DNA from: Bacteroidota bacterium | GTDB lineage: Bacteria; Bacteroidota; Bacteroidia; Bacteroidales; PUMT01 | Reading direction: 5' to 3' | Length of the DNA stretch: 64,000 bases | Assembly (NCBI GenBank): GCA_003551495.1 | Contig: PUMT01000262.1 | Span: 4,293-68,292 of the forward strand | Shown here: piece after piece, positions 17,982 to 29,181 of the stretch | Layout of the letters: each line of letters begins with the position of its first letter | How positions within the stretch are numbered: the stretch's first letter is position 1 | Program-made: the position numbers and the translations under genes | Notes under the pieces: generated by a model | Seen by the model: only the letters and a program-made list of their open reading frames with translations | What the model was told of the DNA's origin: nothing | The model's database searches: none

Positions 17982-19319
17982 TCAAAGCAAAAAGCTGAGG
18001 AAAATTCCGGCTGCAACAGCAGAGCCGATAACACCGGCAACATTGGGCGCCATAGCATGCATCAGGAGGTGGTTGCTGGAATCATACCTTAATCCCTCAT
18101 GCTGAACAACCCTCGCGCTGTTAGGCACTGCCGAGACGCCCGCTGCTCCAATCAGCGGATTGATCTTGTTCCTTTTGCCGAGGAACAGGTTCATTATCCT
18201 TGCAAATATCAGTCCACCGGCCGTTGCTACCATAAATGAGATAGCCCCCAGTACAAATATCAGCAATGATGTGGAGGTCAGAAAAACATCGGCCTGCGTG
18301 GAAGCACCGACCGTCAGGCCAAGCAGGATAGTAACAATATCTATAAACGAGCCTCTTGCTGTTTCTGCCAGCCTCCTGGTCACAGTTGATTCTTTAAGTA
18401 AATTGCCAAAGAACAACATTCCAAGAAGGGGAAGTGAACTTGGCGAAATCAGTGCCGTCAGTATTAGTCCCACAACAGGGAAAAGAATCTTTTCAAGTTT
18501 CGAAACAGCCCTCGGGGGTTTCATTCTTATACGCCTTTCTCTTTTTGTCGTAATAAGTCTCATAATAGGCGGCTGGATTACCGGCACAAGCGACATGTAG
18601 GAATATGCAGCAATAGCAATAGGGCCTATCAGGTTCATAACCGTCCTGCCGTCGGGAAGGACAAGCTGTCCATCTGCAAGTCTTGATGCAAGGAATATTG
18701 CAGTCGGACCATCAGCCCCACCGATTATACCTATGGCGCCGGCTTCCTGGGGTGCAAACCCAAGCAACACTGCTCCCAGGAAAGTGAGAAAAATTCCTAC
18801 CTGTGCTGCAGCCCCGAGCAGCATCAGTCTGGGATTCGAAATAAGTGAAGAGAAGTCGGTCATCGCCCCAATGCCCAAAAAGATCAATGGGGGATATATA
18901 CCATTACCTAATCCCATATACAAAAAGTTCAGTACACTCCCCTCTTCAAATATGCCTATCTGGAATCCGGCATCAGGCCCGATAGCCATGTTGCCTATTA
19001 TCAGTCCTGTTCCAATAGGAACCAGAAGTAAAGGCTCATACTCATAACGTATTGCAGCAAAAATAAAGAAGAGGCCTACCAGTATCATGATTATCTGACG
19101 GTAGGTAATATTCACAAATCCTGAATAGTTGATGAAATCCATCAGGCCTCTCAGAGCCATCGGCAGTTCCCTTTCGCCATTCACTTCTTCAGAAACGGCT
19201 GCACCCTGACCGATTGAATCTCCCAGGGTGGTGGCTGCAAAACCTTCGGGTATGACAAGCCCCGAACATAATATATAAAGAATTGAAATTATTCCGAAAA
19301 CAGTAAATACTCTCTTCAT
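17982..19319 (-). CDS. mmdB: Na+-translocating decarboxylase beta subunit (methylmalonyl-CoA/oxaloacetate decarboxylase)
   Basis: 445-aa polytopic membrane protein of the OadB/MmdB type. It is the last gene of the decarboxylase operon. Confidence 0.85.
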   Translation of the reverse strand: MKRVFTVFGIISILYILCSGLVIPEGFAATTLGDSIGQGAAVSEEVNGERELPMALRGLMDFINYSGFVNITYRQIIMILVGLFFIFAAIRYEYEPLLLVPIGTGLIIGNMAIGPDAGFQIGIFEEGSVLNFLYMGLGNGIYPPLIFLGIGAMTDFSSLISNPRLMLLGAAAQVGIFLTFLGAVLLGFAPQEAGAIGIIGGADGPTAIFLASRLADGQLVLPDGRTVMNLIGPIAIAAYSYMSLVPVIQPPIMRLITTKRERRIRMKPPRAVSKLEKILFPVVGLILTALISPSSLPLLGMLFFGNLLKESTVTRRLAETARGSFIDIVTILLGLTVGASTQADVFLTSTSLLIFVLGAISFMVATAGGLIFARIMNLFLGKRNKINPLIGAAGVSAVPNSARVVQHEGLRYDSSNHLLMHAMAPNVAGVIGSAVAAGIFLSFLL

Positions 19320-19330
19320 TGTACAATACT

Positions 19331-19753
19331 TTACACCATTTCAATTAATACATCACCCTGCAGAACATTATCCCCGGCACTAACCTTAACTGACTCTACT
19401 GTACCGTCCTTTTCGGCAAGGACATGGTTCTCCATTTTCATTGCTTCCATCATAAGCAGCTTGTCACCTTTCTTTACAATGTCACCCGGTTTTACAAATA
19501 TTTCAATAATACTTCCTGGCAAAGGTGCAACAACCGGGATGGCGGAACCTGTTTCCTTCTTCTCTATCTTTTCACCGCCGGTTTTTGGCAACTCAGAACG
19601 TACAATTGTGGGAGTTTTTGTTTTCTTTTTTTCCAGGTGCACCTCAACGTCGTAGGTGGTGCCATTCACCTCAATTCTGGCTACATTGTCATCAAACTGC
19701 TTTATCTCAACATCATATGTATTGCCGCTGATTGTAAACTTAAACTGTTTCAT
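19331..19753 (-). CDS. mmdC: Biotin carboxyl carrier subunit of the decarboxylase
   Basis: C-terminal biotinyl domain with the EAMKMEN biotinylation motif. Confidence 0.85.
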   Translation of the reverse strand: MKQFKFTISGNTYDVEIKQFDDNVARIEVNGTTYDVEVHLEKKKTKTPTIVRSELPKTGGEKIEKKETGSAIPVVAPLPGSIIEIFVKPGDIVKKGDKLLMMEAMKMENHVLAEKDGTVESVKVSAGDNVLQGDVLIEMV

Positions 19754-19851
19754 ACAGGTTTGTTATATAATTATTCATCATATTTCAGACAGCCTTTAAC
19801 ATCCTTTGAAAACCGGTTTCACCGGATATCCTGAAATTAATAACTCATATC

Positions 19852-20235
19852 TTATCTTGGTGGACGGTTAAGGCCATAAATTTTCGAACTCCATGGAGAG
19901 TAGCGCTTTGATATCTTTTTTATCGTAATTACACCGCTTTCTTCATCATGCATTTCGTTGAAATGCATAAAAAGAGCCATGCTGATTGCAGCATTCACTT
20001 CGCCTGATATACTTGTTTCTTTCTTTTTAATCTCTTTGTCCTCTTCACTTTTCTTTTCTGAAAAGATGCTGCCGAAATCGTAGTATATAATTTTGGGCAG
20101 CTTAAGAACTACAAAAAACATCAGCAGCAAAACAGAAAACACAACTGCATACCCTACCAGCGCGATTGATGCCGAAAAAGCATCAATGTTGAAAAAGGAA
20201 AAATCAAGCGATATGGTGTTCAGGATCATATCCAT
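19852..20235 (-). CDS. OadG-family small membrane subunit of the Na+-decarboxylase
   Basis: 127 aa with one N-terminal TM helix. C-terminal SGEVNAAISMALFMH...HDEESGVITIKK...YSPWSSK is typical of Bacteroidota OadG/MmdD-like subunits. Confidence 0.6.
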   Translation of the reverse strand: MDMILNTISLDFSFFNIDAFSASIALVGYAVVFSVLLLMFFVVLKLPKIIYYDFGSIFSEKKSEEDKEIKKKETSISGEVNAAISMALFMHFNEMHDEESGVITIKKISKRYSPWSSKIYGLNRPPR

Positions 20236-20260
20236 AAGTTAAGTACTGATTTTTATTATT

Positions 20261-21820
20261 TTACAGTGGTATATTTGAGTGTTTTTTGGGAGGATTGGTG
20301 TCCTTTTTGGTCATCAGCGTCTGCAATGCCCTGATAATCCTGAACCGGGTATTTCGCGGTTCAATAACATCATCAATGAACCCATACCTGGCGGCTTCAT
20401 AAGGGTTGGCAAACTTTTCGATGTATTCCTCCTCCTTTTCCTTTATATATTTATTTCTTTCCTCTTCATTTTCTATTTCAGCAATTTTTCTTCCTTCAAT
20501 AATCTCGACGGCTCCCTGCGGACCCATTACTGCTATTTCTGCTGACGGCCATGCATAGTTTATATCTCCCCTCAGCTGCTTGCAACTCATTACATCATGT
20601 GCACCTCCGTAGGATTTGCGAAGTGTGACTGTAACCTTGGGCACCGTAGCCTCCCCATATGCAAACATCAGTTTTGCACCGTGTACAATTATGCCCCCGT
20701 ACTCCTGTGAACTTCCGGGCAGAAATCCTGGAACATCCACAAGTGTAACCAAAGGTACATTGAAGGCATCGCAAAACCTAACAAACCGGGCTGCCTTTAT
20801 TGAAGCTGCAATATCCAGAACACCCGCAAGGTAACTAGGCTGGTTGGCTACAATACCTACTGGTATTCCATTGAACTTGGCGTAACCTACAACAATATTT
20901 TTTGCATAATGGCGGTGCATCTCCAGAAATTCCTGGTTGTCAACTATTGTATAAATGATGTCTTTGACGTCATACGACTGGTTTGAAAGCTCAGGTATGA
21001 TCTCGTTGAGAGAATCCTCCCTCCTGTCAATAGGATCAGTGCACTCGGTCATGGGGGGATCCTCCAGATTGTTCTGTGGAAGGTATTCCAGCAGTTTCCT
21101 GATTAGCAGCAGTCCCTCCTCCTCGTCATCGGCCTTGAAATGTGCAACACCAGATTTACTTGTGTGCACTGTTGCGCCACCCAGATCCTCCGTTGAGATG
21201 GTTTCACCTGTTACCTTTTTTGTCACCTTAGGTCCGGTCACAAACATATAGCTTGTCTTGTCGCTCATTATAATAACATCGGTCAGTGCCGGTGAATAAA
21301 CAGCACCCCCCGCACACGGCCCGAAAATTGCTGAAATCTGGGGAATAACCCCGGATGCCATAATATTCCGCTGAAAAATCTCAGCATATCCTGCCAGACT
21401 CTGTACACCTTCCTGGATACGGGCACCTCCGCTGTCGTTTATCCCAATCACCGGTGCTCCTACTTTCATTGCCTGGTCCATTATCTTGCATATTTTTTTC
21501 GCAAAGGTCTCGGATAGCGATCCCCCCAGAACGGTAAAGTCCTGCGAATAAACGTAAACCACTCTTCCGTCAATTGTTCCGTGACCGGTAACAACCCCGT
21601 CACCAAGATATTTTTTATCTGCAAGACCGAAATCTGTGCAACGGTGAGTAACGAACATGTCATACTCCTCAAAACTGCCCTCATCAAGAAGTATCTCGAT
21701 CCTTTCCCTGGCTGAAAGCTTCCCTTTTGCATGCTGGCTTTCAATGCGCTTTTTCCCTCCTCCGAGTTTGGCCTCTTCCCTGAGTTGTATCAGCTTCTTT
21801 ATCTTATCCTGTATGTTCAT
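20261..21820 (-). CDS. mmdA: Methylmalonyl-CoA decarboxylase alpha subunit (acyl-CoA carboxyltransferase)
   Basis: 519 aa of the carboxyltransferase family ([34 protein letters not shown]). Operon context includes the Na+ pump subunits. Confidence 0.85.
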   Translation of the reverse strand: MNIQDKIKKLIQLREEAKLGGGKKRIESQHAKGKLSARERIEILLDEGSFEEYDMFVTHRCTDFGLADKKYLGDGVVTGHGTIDGRVVYVYSQDFTVLGGSLSETFAKKICKIMDQAMKVGAPVIGINDSGGARIQEGVQSLAGYAEIFQRNIMASGVIPQISAIFGPCAGGAVYSPALTDVIIMSDKTSYMFVTGPKVTKKVTGETISTEDLGGATVHTSKSGVAHFKADDEEEGLLLIRKLLEYLPQNNLEDPPMTECTDPIDRREDSLNEIIPELSNQSYDVKDIIYTIVDNQEFLEMHRHYAKNIVVGYAKFNGIPVGIVANQPSYLAGVLDIAASIKAARFVRFCDAFNVPLVTLVDVPGFLPGSSQEYGGIIVHGAKLMFAYGEATVPKVTVTLRKSYGGAHDVMSCKQLRGDINYAWPSAEIAVMGPQGAVEIIEGRKIAEIENEEERNKYIKEKEEEYIEKFANPYEAARYGFIDDVIEPRNTRFRIIRALQTLMTKKDTNPPKKHSNIPL

Positions 21821-21864
21821 ATAAAGCTATTTTTTGATCATATATATTAATCAAATGATTATCC

Positions 21865-22275
21865 TCACTCACCTTTATCTTCACACAACTCGGTAAGAAC
21901 TCCGAAGGTAGATTTCGGGTGAAGAAATGCAATATCAAGTCCTTCAGCCCCTTTCCTGGGTTTCTGATCGATCAGTTTCACACCGTGCTTTTCAGCGTGC
22001 TCCAGTGATTGCTCAATGCCTTTTACCGCAAAAGCTATATGGTGAACTCCTTCTCCCTTTTTATCAATAAATTTTGCAACAGGACCATCAGGAGCGGTAG
22101 ATTCAAGAAGCTCCACCTTTGTTTCACCTACTTTGAAAAAAGCGGTTCTGACTTTCTGGTCGGCTACCTCTTCAATATTGTAACAGGTTAACCCCATTAC
22201 ATCCTGGTAATATTTCACCGCTTCATCAAGATTTTTTACTGCAATTCCGATATGTTCAATATGTGTTGGTTTCAT
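21865..22275 (-). CDS. mce: Methylmalonyl-CoA epimerase (VOC/glyoxalase fold)
   Basis: 136 aa. HIGIAV at the N-terminus and HHIAF mid-protein are the metal ligands. It is the first gene of the mmd operon. Confidence 0.85.
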   Translation of the reverse strand: MKPTHIEHIGIAVKNLDEAVKYYQDVMGLTCYNIEEVADQKVRTAFFKVGETKVELLESTAPDGPVAKFIDKKGEGVHHIAFAVKGIEQSLEHAEKHGVKLIDQKPRKGAEGLDIAFLHPKSTFGVLTELCEDKGE

Positions 22276-22521
22276 AGTTCTGTTATTTAGTTTGTATAAA
22301 AAAATCAGAAAACCTGCCCGAAGGTACTCATTAACTGCAATCCGGCAATATGACTAAAATCAACTTCCGGACTGAAAAAAATATGTTTAACAACAAGGAC
22401 TGTGGTATAAAAAAACAGCAATGATTGGACCCGGCCACTGCATTTTTATAAAATGCGAAGTTATAAAAAATTATAACATCTGTCACAAAAAAGGATTTTT
22501 AAATACAGAGTAACAGGTTTT

Positions 22522-25500
22522 TCAATCCTCTTTGATTGAGTCGTAAATTGCCTGCTGGATCTTTGTGCGGACATTCATTTCAATCAGCTTGTTGTTGAAC
22601 TGATCGGGATGAACCCTGTTGGACAGGAATACGTAAACCAGTTCCTCATCGGGGTCAACCCAGCTTATCGTCCCGGTAAAACCGGAATGCCCGTAACTGC
22701 TCATTGATGCGCTTTTTGCCGAAGGCCCGTTTTGCGATGAGTCAGGCTCCGGTTTGTCAAATCCCACACCTCTCCTGTTATCGTTATCCAGCATGTGGGC
22801 AGTTGTGAAGTAATCGATAACTTCTTTACCAAAAAACCTGTGGCCGCCATATTTCCCTCCCTGCAAAAACATCTGCATCAGTTTGGCAAGGTCATTTGCA
22901 CTGGAAAAAAGTCCGGCATGACCACCAACCCCACCAAGCAGAGCCGCTCCTGGATCATGTACATAACCCTGAAGCAGCTGGCGCCTGAAAATAATATCAT
23001 TTTCAGTTGGAACGATCTGTTCTGAAGAAAACTTTTGCAGGGGGCGGTATGTGAGCGTACCGGCACCCAGCAATGAGTAAAAGTTTCTGTCTGCGTACCT
23101 GTCAAGTGTTGAACCGGTTATCTTCTCTGCAACATCCCTAAGGTAATAGTACCCAAGGTCGCTGTATAGATAGTTTTTGCGGCCGCGGATATCCGACTCT
23201 TCAATCATTTGGTAAACAGTATCCCTGTAAGCGTGGTTCATATACATTCCGGAAGCAACGTGATATGGAAATTCGCGTGAAGGAAGCCTGCTGAATATAT
23301 TGTCGGCAAGTTTGAAATTCCTTGTAAGATACCTGGCACCGGCAAGACGATAGGGATAGTTGGCCGAAAAACGGGACGATATAGGGTCTTCACCGGGTAT
23401 GTAGCTTTCAAAAAAAGAGAAATGAAAGGGTATCCAAGGTTCCAGACCGGACTGGTGGGTCAAAACATCCTTTATGACCAGGTTTTCCTTGTTAGTCCCT
23501 TTCAGTCCGGTAAGATAGTCGCCAAGTGTTCTTGTAATTTCAAGTTCTCCTGAGTCCACGAGCCTCATAAGTACAGGTACCGTAGATGCTATCTTTGTAA
23601 TGGATGCAAGATCGTAAATATCGGTTGTCCTGACAGGCACCTTCCTGTGGTATGTGTGATAACCGTAAGCTTTGTGGAAAGCAACCATCCCATTCCTTGC
23701 CACAAGCACCTGTGCACCAGGAGTTGCGCCCTCTTCTATTGCATTATATACGAGGGAATCAATCTTTTCCATTTTTTTTGAATCGAGTCCGGCCTGCTCC
23801 GGAAAAAAAGAGTAGCTCAGCCTTATTTTTTCCCTGGTAATATAGCCGGTTCCCGGCTTAAATTTTTCCGCTGCGTATACCGGCAGCCTTCCGTTTGCCC
23901 TTGATCCGCCAAAAAGTATCTGGGCTGTCAGATGTCCGTAATCCGGCTCATCTTCAAATGCAACCACAAGTGAAGAAATTCCCGTGAGGCCACCGAGGTA
24001 AGAAAGGCTGTACGGACTACCAAAAACGCACAAAACTACATTATTGCGTTCAGATAACTGTTCAATAAAAAAGCTTGATTCTTCCCTTATACCAAAACTG
24101 TCACTTACTCTTCTGTTCATTCCGTGCATACCCACGACAACCATATTGTAAGCATCAAGCCTTGAAATGAGAGCTTCCCTGTCTTCCGGGGAGGCAGTAG
24201 CTGACAAACCGTAGTGATCAACCGGAGTATACAGGGAAACCATTTCCTGGAAAGTGGTCAATCCTTTTCCTCCCAGTGCAACAGTTGCAATACTGAGAGT
24301 ATCAAGACGGGTGAAAGGAATAAGGCTTTTGGGGTTGCTGACAAGCGTTATAGACTCTTCTATCAATTGTTTCCTCAAAAATTGCGCATGCAGTCCGTTA
24401 AGATCCTCGTAAAGCCCCGCAGTTTCAACCTTCTGCGGATCTTTAAGCCCAAGCCAGTATTTGGCCTTCAAAACCTTTCTGCATCGTCTGTTTATCTCTT
24501 CTTCAGGGAAATTGCCTTTCTCAACTTCCCTTTTTATCATCTCCACAGCTTTGGGGACATCCTCAGGAAAAAGCAGGATGTCATTTCCGGCAATAAGCGA
24601 CATCAACTCCAGGGTGCCGGGAGGGAAGTGATCACTTACACCTTTCATATTAAGTGCGTCCGTAAATATGAGTCCGTTAAACCCAAGTTCATCTATCAGC
24701 AGCTTGTTGATTATCCTGGGAGATAAGGTTGAAGCCAGGTTGGGGGTAGGATCAAGCAGGGGCATATGGATATGGGCTGTCATTAGTCCACCGACACCGC
24801 TGTTGATAAGATGCCTGAACGGGAAAAGCTCAATTGAGTCAAGTCTTTCACGTGTATGCATCATTACCGGCAGGTCGTAATGGGAGTCGGTATCGGTGTC
24901 GCCATGGCCAGGAAAATGCTTCCCGACAGCAAGGATATTGTTGTCCTGCATCCCTTTCATGTAAAAAAAAGCTTTCCTTGCCACACTCCACTTGTCCTCC
25001 CCGAAAGAACGGCTACCTATTACCGGATTTTCGGGATTATTGTTTATGTCGAGGACAGGGGCAAAATTGATATGAACACCAAGGCGATTCAACTGTCTGG
25101 CAATTTCCTCACCCATACTGTATATAAGCTGGTCATCCTGAATTGCCCCAAGAGTCATTTGCCTCGGGAAGGAAAGTGTACTGTCAAGTCTCATACCCAG
25201 TCCCCATTCCGCATCCATTGCAATCATAAGAGGGGTTTTGGCAACAGACTGGTAATGGTTGGTCAGATTTGCCTGTCTTACAGGTCCGCCCTGAAAGAAG
25301 ATCAGTCCACCAATATTGTATTCAGAAATAAGGCGTGTTATCTCATCCCTGTGATCCCTGTCACGGTTAGAGTATGCTGCAACCATGAACAACTGTCCTA
25401 TTCTCTCCTCAAGTGTAAGGGAGTTGAATACCGAATCGACCCATTCGGAAGGATCGCCTGCAAAAGGAGGGTCAATCCTTTTTTGCTGAAAAAGCTGTGG

Positions 25501-25569
25501 AGAATCAAACGAAAATAATAAAAAAGCTGCTAGCGCATATATTGAAATGCGGAGGGTGAACCTGTTCAT
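22522..25569 (-). CDS. Fusion protein: N-terminal glycoside hydrolase family 3 (NagZ-like) domain plus C-terminal beta-lactamase-fold serine hydrolase
   Basis: GH3 motifs include KHFPGHGDTDTDSH. The C-terminal half carries the SxxK motif (ASITK) and a YSDLGY-type region. The ORF opens at 25614, but the Met at 25569 begins a signal peptide. Confidence 0.8.
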   Translation of the reverse strand: MNRFTLRISIYALAAFLLFSFDSPQLFQQKRIDPPFAGDPSEWVDSVFNSLTLEERIGQLFMVAAYSNRDRDHRDEITRLISEYNIGGLIFFQGGPVRQANLTNHYQSVAKTPLMIAMDAEWGLGMRLDSTLSFPRQMTLGAIQDDQLIYSMGEEIARQLNRLGVHINFAPVLDINNNPENPVIGSRSFGEDKWSVARKAFFYMKGMQDNNILAVGKHFPGHGDTDTDSHYDLPVMMHTRERLDSIELFPFRHLINSGVGGLMTAHIHMPLLDPTPNLASTLSPRIINKLLIDELGFNGLIFTDALNMKGVSDHFPPGTLELMSLIAGNDILLFPEDVPKAVEMIKREVEKGNFPEEEINRRCRKVLKAKYWLGLKDPQKVETAGLYEDLNGLHAQFLRKQLIEESITLVSNPKSLIPFTRLDTLSIATVALGGKGLTTFQEMVSLYTPVDHYGLSATASPEDREALISRLDAYNMVVVGMHGMNRRVSDSFGIREESSFFIEQLSERNNVVLCVFGSPYSLSYLGGLTGISSLVVAFEDEPDYGHLTAQILFGGSRANGRLPVYAAEKFKPGTGYITREKIRLSYSFFPEQAGLDSKKMEKIDSLVYNAIEEGATPGAQVLVARNGMVAFHKAYGYHTYHRKVPVRTTDIYDLASITKIASTVPVLMRLVDSGELEITRTLGDYLTGLKGTNKENLVIKDVLTHQSGLEPWIPFHFSFFESYIPGEDPISSRFSANYPYRLAGARYLTRNFKLADNIFSRLPSREFPYHVASGMYMNHAYRDTVYQMIEESDIRGRKNYLYSDLGYYYLRDVAEKITGSTLDRYADRNFYSLLGAGTLTYRPLQKFSSEQIVPTENDIIFRRQLLQGYVHDPGAALLGGVGGHAGLFSSANDLAKLMQMFLQGGKYGGHRFFGKEVIDYFTTAHMLDNDNRRGVGFDKPEPDSSQNGPSAKSASMSSYGHSGFTGTISWVDPDEELVYVFLSNRVHPDQFNNKLIEMNVRTKIQQAIYDSIKED

Positions 25570-25825
25570 TTTGTCGGTATATTTGCGGGATGATGAAAAA
25601 AAGCAATAGGGCAAATATAGGAATTATTGACTCCTTTAGTATACAAAAACATTTTTTACAGTACTATTTTTTTCTTAAATAAACAAATTGGCTTATTTTT
25701 ATTTTATTTTTACCGTAATGAGAATAGAACAACAACACCACCACCCATTATTATCTGACCTGATTAATGCGCACCTGCCCGATAAACTTAAACAATTTAC
25801 ATATAACATCTTAACTTAAATTACT

Positions 25826-28800
25826 ATGATCAGGAAAATTTTAATTATTCCGGCCTTGTTCTTCCTTTTTTTTAATGCAATTGCAGAGGAAGAGGCCAGA
25901 CTGCTGAGATTTCCGACTATTCACGGCGACCAGCTTGTATTCACCTATGCAGGGTACCTTTACACTGTTAACAGTTCCGGCGGAGTGGCTAGAAGGCTTA
26001 CAAGTCACGACGGCTACGAAATGTTTCCCAGGTTTTCACCTGATGGTAGACATATTGCATTCACAGGGCAATATGACGGCAACACCGAGGTATTCAAAAT
26101 CCCATCTGAAGGAGGCGAACCGGAAAGGCTGACCTACACGGCTACCCTTTCAAGGGATGACCTGGGAGACCGGATGGGCCCCAACAATATCGTTATGGGA
26201 TGGACACCCGACGGAAAGAATGTTACTTACCGATCGCGTAAGTACAGTTTTAATGCGTTCAAGGGGCAACTGTTCAATGTGCCGGCTGAGGGCGGACTTT
26301 CCAGACAGCTCCCCCTATCTGAAGGTGGATTCCTCTCCTATTCTGTTGACGGAAACAAAATGGCTTACAACAAGGTTTTCAGGGAATTCAGGACCTGGAA
26401 ATACTACAGTGGCGGAATGGCAGACGACATTTGGGTGTACGACTTCACATCGAGAAGGAACATCAATATAACCGGAAACGAAGGTGCACAGGATATAATC
26501 CCAATGTGGATAAGGGATGATATCTACTTCCTCTCCGACCGCGACCGGACAATGAACCTTTTTGTTTACAACACCAATACAATGGAAACAACTAAGGTAA
26601 CCCACTTTGAAAATTATGACATAAAGTTCCCTTCACTCGGAGGCCACTACATAGTTTTTGAAAAGGGAGGCCATATATACAGGCTAGATACAAGAACAAG
26701 GGAGTATGAGAGGGTGCCCGTTCAGATCAAAAACGATTTTGTAAACGCACGTCCCCAATGGCGTGATGCTTCGGAGATGATAAGGTCGGTTGATATGTCG
26801 CCCAACGGGGAAAGGCTGGTTTTCGGTGCCAGGGGTGATATCTTCAATGTCCCGGTAAAAAGCGGTATAACCAGAAACATGACCCAAACATCAGGTGTAC
26901 ATGAAAGGAATGCACAGTGGTCGCCTGACGGCAATTACATTGCATGGGTTTCAGATGCCGGCGGGGAATTTGAGATATATATGCAAAGGCATGACGGCAG
27001 CGATAAACCCGTACAGCTTACAAGCCGCGGAGACACATACATTTTCGGTTTCAAATGGTCTCCCGACAACAATAAAATACTTTACCATGACAAGAGAAAC
27101 AGGCTCAATATCGTTGATGTCAAAACAAAAGAGGTAACTGAAGTAACCAGGTCGGGGGTAAGCGTTATGTCATCATACAACTGGTCACCTGACAGTAAAT
27201 GGATAACTTACACCAGGCCGGAAAAGGGGATGAACATTGTATGCCTCTATGAAGTGGCAACAGGAGAATCTCATGACGTAACCGACAAATGGTATGCTTC
27301 GGGAGGCTCAAGCTTCAGCTCTGACGGCAGATACCTTATCTTTACATCAAACAGGGACTTCAACCCCATTTACAGCCAGTCCGAGTGGAACCATGCCTAT
27401 GTTGACATGGGCAGGATATACCTGGCAACCCTTTCAAAAGATACTCCCCATCCATTTGCTCCTAAAGACGATCAGGTTGAAACAGTTAATTCTTCAGGCA
27501 GCCAGGGCAATCCCCCGGAAAGCGGACAAATGAAGGTGGATGTGGACGGGATAGGAAACAGGATATTTTCCCTGCCCGTTCAGCCTTCAAACTACTCAAA
27601 TGTTACAGGTGTGGGAGACAGGATCTATTACAATGAGCGCTCAACCAGAAGAGGAGGACTTACCCTTAAAATGTTCGACCTAAGCAGGGAAAGGGAAACA
27701 AACCTGGCTGACAATATGACATTCCAGATCTCCTCAAACAATAAAAAAATGCTTCTGAGGAGAGGAAGGAATTTTTCTGTAATAGACCTTCCGACATCCC
27801 CCATATCTAACACCGAGAATGTAGACCTTTCCAATATGAAGATTTTGGTGAATTTTGCAGAGGAGTGGCAGCAGATATTTGACGAGAGCTGGAGGCAGAT
27901 GAGGGACTTCTTTTATGACCCGGATATGCACGGGGTTGACTGGAAGGCAATGTACGATAAATACAATGTGTTTGTACCGTATGTAAGGCACCGGACTGAC
28001 CTGACTTACATTATTGGCGAAATGGTGGGAGAACTGAACGTAAGCCATGCCTACGTCAATAATGGGGAAAGGCCTATGCCTGAAAGGGTGCAGCTTGGTC
28101 TGCTGGGTGCAAGGTACAGCCGTCACGAATCAGGCTACATCCGCATAGAACATATACTTGAAGGAGCTAACTGGAGTGACGACCTGCGATCCCCTCTTAC
28201 AGAGATAGGGCTGAATGTAAATAAAGGTGATTTTATCCTGGAAGTGAACGGTACACCAACAAATGAGGTGAACGATTTCTTTAAGCTTTTTGTCAATACT
28301 GCCGGGAACCAGGTGGAGCTTACTGTCAACGGGAAACCTGAGATCAACGGAAGCCGGAAAATTATTGTTGTCCCGATTAGGGATGAATCAGGTCTCTATT
28401 ACTATAACTGGGTTCAGGAGAATATTCGCAGGGTCAGCGAGGCAACCGGAGGAAGGGTTGGTTATATCCATATCCCCGATATGGGTGTGAGCGGACTCAA
28501 CCAGTTTGCGCGGCTCTATTACCCGCAGTTGAACAAGGAAGGGCTGATCATAGACGACCGCGGTAACGGTGGAGGGAATGTCTCCCCCATGATAATTGAA
28601 AGGCTGCAGCGAACAATGACATATGCAACAATGCATACCAACCAAACCGAAGGATCGGTCAATCCTGTCGGAACGCATGTAGGGCCAAAGGTGGTGCTTA
28701 TAGACAGGTATTCTGCATCTGACGGTGACCTGTTCCCTTACCGTTTCAGGCAACATAACATCGGCAAAATAATTGGCGTAACTACCTGGGGTGGAGTTGT

Positions 28801-29062
28801 TGGTTACAGCGGAGCCATCCCATGCATTGACGGAGGGTCGATAATAACCCCCTCATATGCCCCTTATGCAGCCGACGGCAGCGGTTTCATAATTGAAGGT
28901 GAAGGCGTGGAGCCCGATATTTGGATTGACAATGACCCTGCAAGGGAGTTCAGGGGTATGGACGACCAGCTTGACAAAGCTATCGAAGTGATATTGCAGG
29001 AAATTAAAGAATGGGATCAGGAAGTACCTCCTATTCCGCCATTCCCCGACAAGAGTAAATAA
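25826..29062 (+). CDS. Tricorn-protease-like peptidase (PD40/WD40-like beta-propellers, PDZ, S41 catalytic domain)
   Basis: 1078 aa with a signal peptide. It opens with LLRFPTIHGDQLVFTYAGYLYTV. Repeated SPDG propeller blades are followed by a C-terminal S41-type region (GNGGGNV..., SASDGD). Confidence 0.8.
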   Translation: MIRKILIIPALFFLFFNAIAEEEARLLRFPTIHGDQLVFTYAGYLYTVNSSGGVARRLTSHDGYEMFPRFSPDGRHIAFTGQYDGNTEVFKIPSEGGEPERLTYTATLSRDDLGDRMGPNNIVMGWTPDGKNVTYRSRKYSFNAFKGQLFNVPAEGGLSRQLPLSEGGFLSYSVDGNKMAYNKVFREFRTWKYYSGGMADDIWVYDFTSRRNINITGNEGAQDIIPMWIRDDIYFLSDRDRTMNLFVYNTNTMETTKVTHFENYDIKFPSLGGHYIVFEKGGHIYRLDTRTREYERVPVQIKNDFVNARPQWRDASEMIRSVDMSPNGERLVFGARGDIFNVPVKSGITRNMTQTSGVHERNAQWSPDGNYIAWVSDAGGEFEIYMQRHDGSDKPVQLTSRGDTYIFGFKWSPDNNKILYHDKRNRLNIVDVKTKEVTEVTRSGVSVMSSYNWSPDSKWITYTRPEKGMNIVCLYEVATGESHDVTDKWYASGGSSFSSDGRYLIFTSNRDFNPIYSQSEWNHAYVDMGRIYLATLSKDTPHPFAPKDDQVETVNSSGSQGNPPESGQMKVDVDGIGNRIFSLPVQPSNYSNVTGVGDRIYYNERSTRRGGLTLKMFDLSRERETNLADNMTFQISSNNKKMLLRRGRNFSVIDLPTSPISNTENVDLSNMKILVNFAEEWQQIFDESWRQMRDFFYDPDMHGVDWKAMYDKYNVFVPYVRHRTDLTYIIGEMVGELNVSHAYVNNGERPMPERVQLGLLGARYSRHESGYIRIEHILEGANWSDDLRSPLTEIGLNVNKGDFILEVNGTPTNEVNDFFKLFVNTAGNQVELTVNGKPEINGSRKIIVVPIRDESGLYYYNWVQENIRRVSEATGGRVGYIHIPDMGVSGLNQFARLYYPQLNKEGLIIDDRGNGGGNVSPMIIERLQRTMTYATMHTNQTEGSVNPVGTHVGPKVVLIDRYSASDGDLFPYRFRQHNIGKIIGVTTWGGVVGYSGAIPCIDGGSIITPSYAPYAADGSGFIIEGEGVEPDIWIDNDPAREFRGMDDQLDKAIEVILQEIKEWDQEVPPIPPFPDKSK

Positions 29063-29084
29063 TATTTATTAAGTTTCAGGTTTC

Positions 29085-29125
29085 CGGAGGGTTCCTTTGT
29101 AATTCAGGAACCCTCCGTCATTTTA
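29085..29125 (+). terminator. Intrinsic terminator after the tricorn-like gene
   Basis: CGGAGGGTTCC (29085-29095), 11-nt loop, GGAACCCTCCG (29107-29117), then TCATTTTAT. Confidence 0.7.
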
Positions 29126-29181
29126 TCACGTTAAGTGAAAATTGTTATCTTTGAAACCTATAAAACAAAAATCTGAATCAA

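Noticed and set aside
22440-22456. Near-palindrome GCATTTT-TAT-AAAATGC upstream of the mce/mmd operon, as a possible operator.
   Set aside because: It is a short AT-rich palindrome, expected by chance in AT-rich intergenic DNA, and there is no second copy in the window.
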